Part shown: positions 25,831-26,602 of the stretch, piece by piece | How the letters are laid out: each line of letters begins with the position of its first letter | Position numbering within the stretch: position 1 is the first letter of the stretch | NCBI GenBank assembly: GCA_038063135.1 | Contig: JBBTVV010000077.1 | Location: forward strand, 1 to 26,602 | From: Patescibacteria group bacterium | GTDB taxonomy: Bacteria > Patescibacteriota > Patescibacteriia > Patescibacteriales > GWC2-42-12 | Reading direction: 5' to 3' | Length of the DNA stretch: 26,602 nt | Program-made: the position numbers and the translations under genes | Notes under the pieces: generated by a model | Told to the model about the DNA's origin: nothing | Database searches by the model: none | What the model saw: the letters and a program-made list of their open reading frames with translations, nothing else

Positions 25831-25915
25831 TAGATAAAATATGTTATATTAAATTTATCATGAATAATTTAGTGTCCGTTCAGTGTTTAATATTTTTTTA
25901 GTGATTCAGACAATT

Positions 25916-26299
25916 ATGATTAATAATAATTTGAGTTTTTATAGCGCTAAAATTTTAGCGGAAATAATTCGTGATATTTTGTATTTTCCTGTTTGGTGGT
26001 ATAGTCGTGGATTAAATAATATTCTTAAGTCTTTGGGAAAATTTTTGATTAACAAACAAAAATCTTTGGGTTTATTTGTTTGGATTAAAAATATTTTTAA
26101 ACCAATGTATGGTCAGTACGATTGGCAGGGTATGTTAATTAGTTTTTTTGTTAGATTAGTTCAAATTATTATACGAAGTTTTGTAATGTTGTTTTGGTTG
26201 GTTCTAGTAGTAGTAATTATTTGTTTCTGGCTATTATTGCCATTGTTGGTAATTTATAAAGTTATTTTTCAATATAATTTTATAAATAGTATTTTTTAA
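25916..26299 (+). CDS. Conserved hypothetical membrane protein (CPR-type)
   Basis: Hydrophobic ORF with FPVWWYSRG and GQYDWQG.LISFFVR motifs. ATG at 25916 preferred over GTG at 25883. Confidence 0.75.
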   Translation: MINNNLSFYSAKILAEIIRDILYFPVWWYSRGLNNILKSLGKFLINKQKSLGLFVWIKNIFKPMYGQYDWQGMLISFFVRLVQIIIRSFVMLFWLVLVVVIICFWLLLPLLVIYKVIFQYNFINSIF

Positions 26300-26329
26300 A
26301 AAAGAAAAAAAGGAGGTGAGACAAAAATT

Positions 26330-26557
26330 ATGAACATGATAAACACAATTGTCTCTTTAGAAGAAGGAGAGTTTGAGGAGGGGTTCTGTTGTCGTAGTAT
26401 CGGCTGTGCTAGTAAAACATATATTAAAATGTTTGTACATCTCTGGGCAGAGAAAGAATCAACGCAATGTTATTGTAAAGAGTGTACTGTGGTCTTTATT
26501 GATCCATCGCGCTGGGCAAAAAAAATTAAGCGAATAGTGTACTGCGATCTTTATTGA
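26330..26557 (+). CDS. Small Cys-rich hypothetical protein (possible Zn-binding)
   Basis: Strong SD AGGAGGTG at 26311-26318; CCRSIGC and CYCKEC motifs. The 3' end lies in a tandem duplication. Confidence 0.55.
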   Translation: MNMINTIVSLEEGEFEEGFCCRSIGCASKTYIKMFVHLWAEKESTQCYCKECTVVFIDPSRWAKKIKRIVYCDLY

Positions 26558-26589
26558 TCCATCGCGATGGGCAAAAAAATTAAGCGAAT
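26481..26589 (+). repeat. Tandem duplication, 55-bp + 54-bp units
   Basis: AGTGTACTG(T/C)G(G/A)TCTTTATTGATCCATCGCG(C/A)TGGGC(A8/A7)TTAAGCGAAT at 26481-26535 and 26536-26589. Confidence 0.93.
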
Positions 26590-26602
26590 GAAGATTGGAG
26601 CA

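Noticed and set aside
25742-25915. tRNA gene upstream of secE
   Set aside because: No cloverleaf or T-loop GTTCRA motif is visible on either strand, and no tRNA or rRNA was recognised anywhere in the window.
26481-26589. DGR VR/TR pair or CRISPR repeat
   Set aside because: The units abut with no spacer, are only ~54 bp, include a non-adenine mismatch, and no RT is in the window. Kept only as a check in the findings.

Overview
AT-rich, genetic code 11 bacterial chromosome segment, most likely a Patescibacteria/CPR (Parcubacteria-like) genome. That placement is inferred from CPR-type hypothetical proteins, a short HrcA and the near absence of Shine-Dalgarno motifs. The + strand (1-17863) carries two hypothetical envelope proteins, an M16 peptidase, type-2 ileS, a tRNA sulfurtransferase-like gene, an IS481-like remnant, lemA-TPM, an M18 aminopeptidase, a CIRCE-controlled hrcA/(DUF1653-grpE fusion)/hsp20/dnaK/dnaJ cluster and miaB-miaA. 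A perfect 42-bp palindromic terminator follows. The - strand block is secE-nusG-rplK-rplA-SPFH-dCMP deaminase-dut/dcd-like-thyA-folA-NMP-kinase-like-gatB, and two short + strand ORFs close the window. The most unusual signals are: (1) a divergent thymidylate module, with ThyA phosphate-binding arginines remodelled and a dUTPase-fold protein lacking its catalytic acidic residues; (2) five copies of an unannotated palindromic MITE/REP-like element with a visible long-to-short deletion series; (3) 7-bp tandem repeats in intergenic DNA and in frame inside ileS, miaA and miaB, plus a four-helix-bundle-like gene remnant next to one tract; (4) a DUF1653-GrpE fusion; (5) a non-canonical HYAT signature in IleRS. 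All family assignments come from motif recognition by eye, with no database search.
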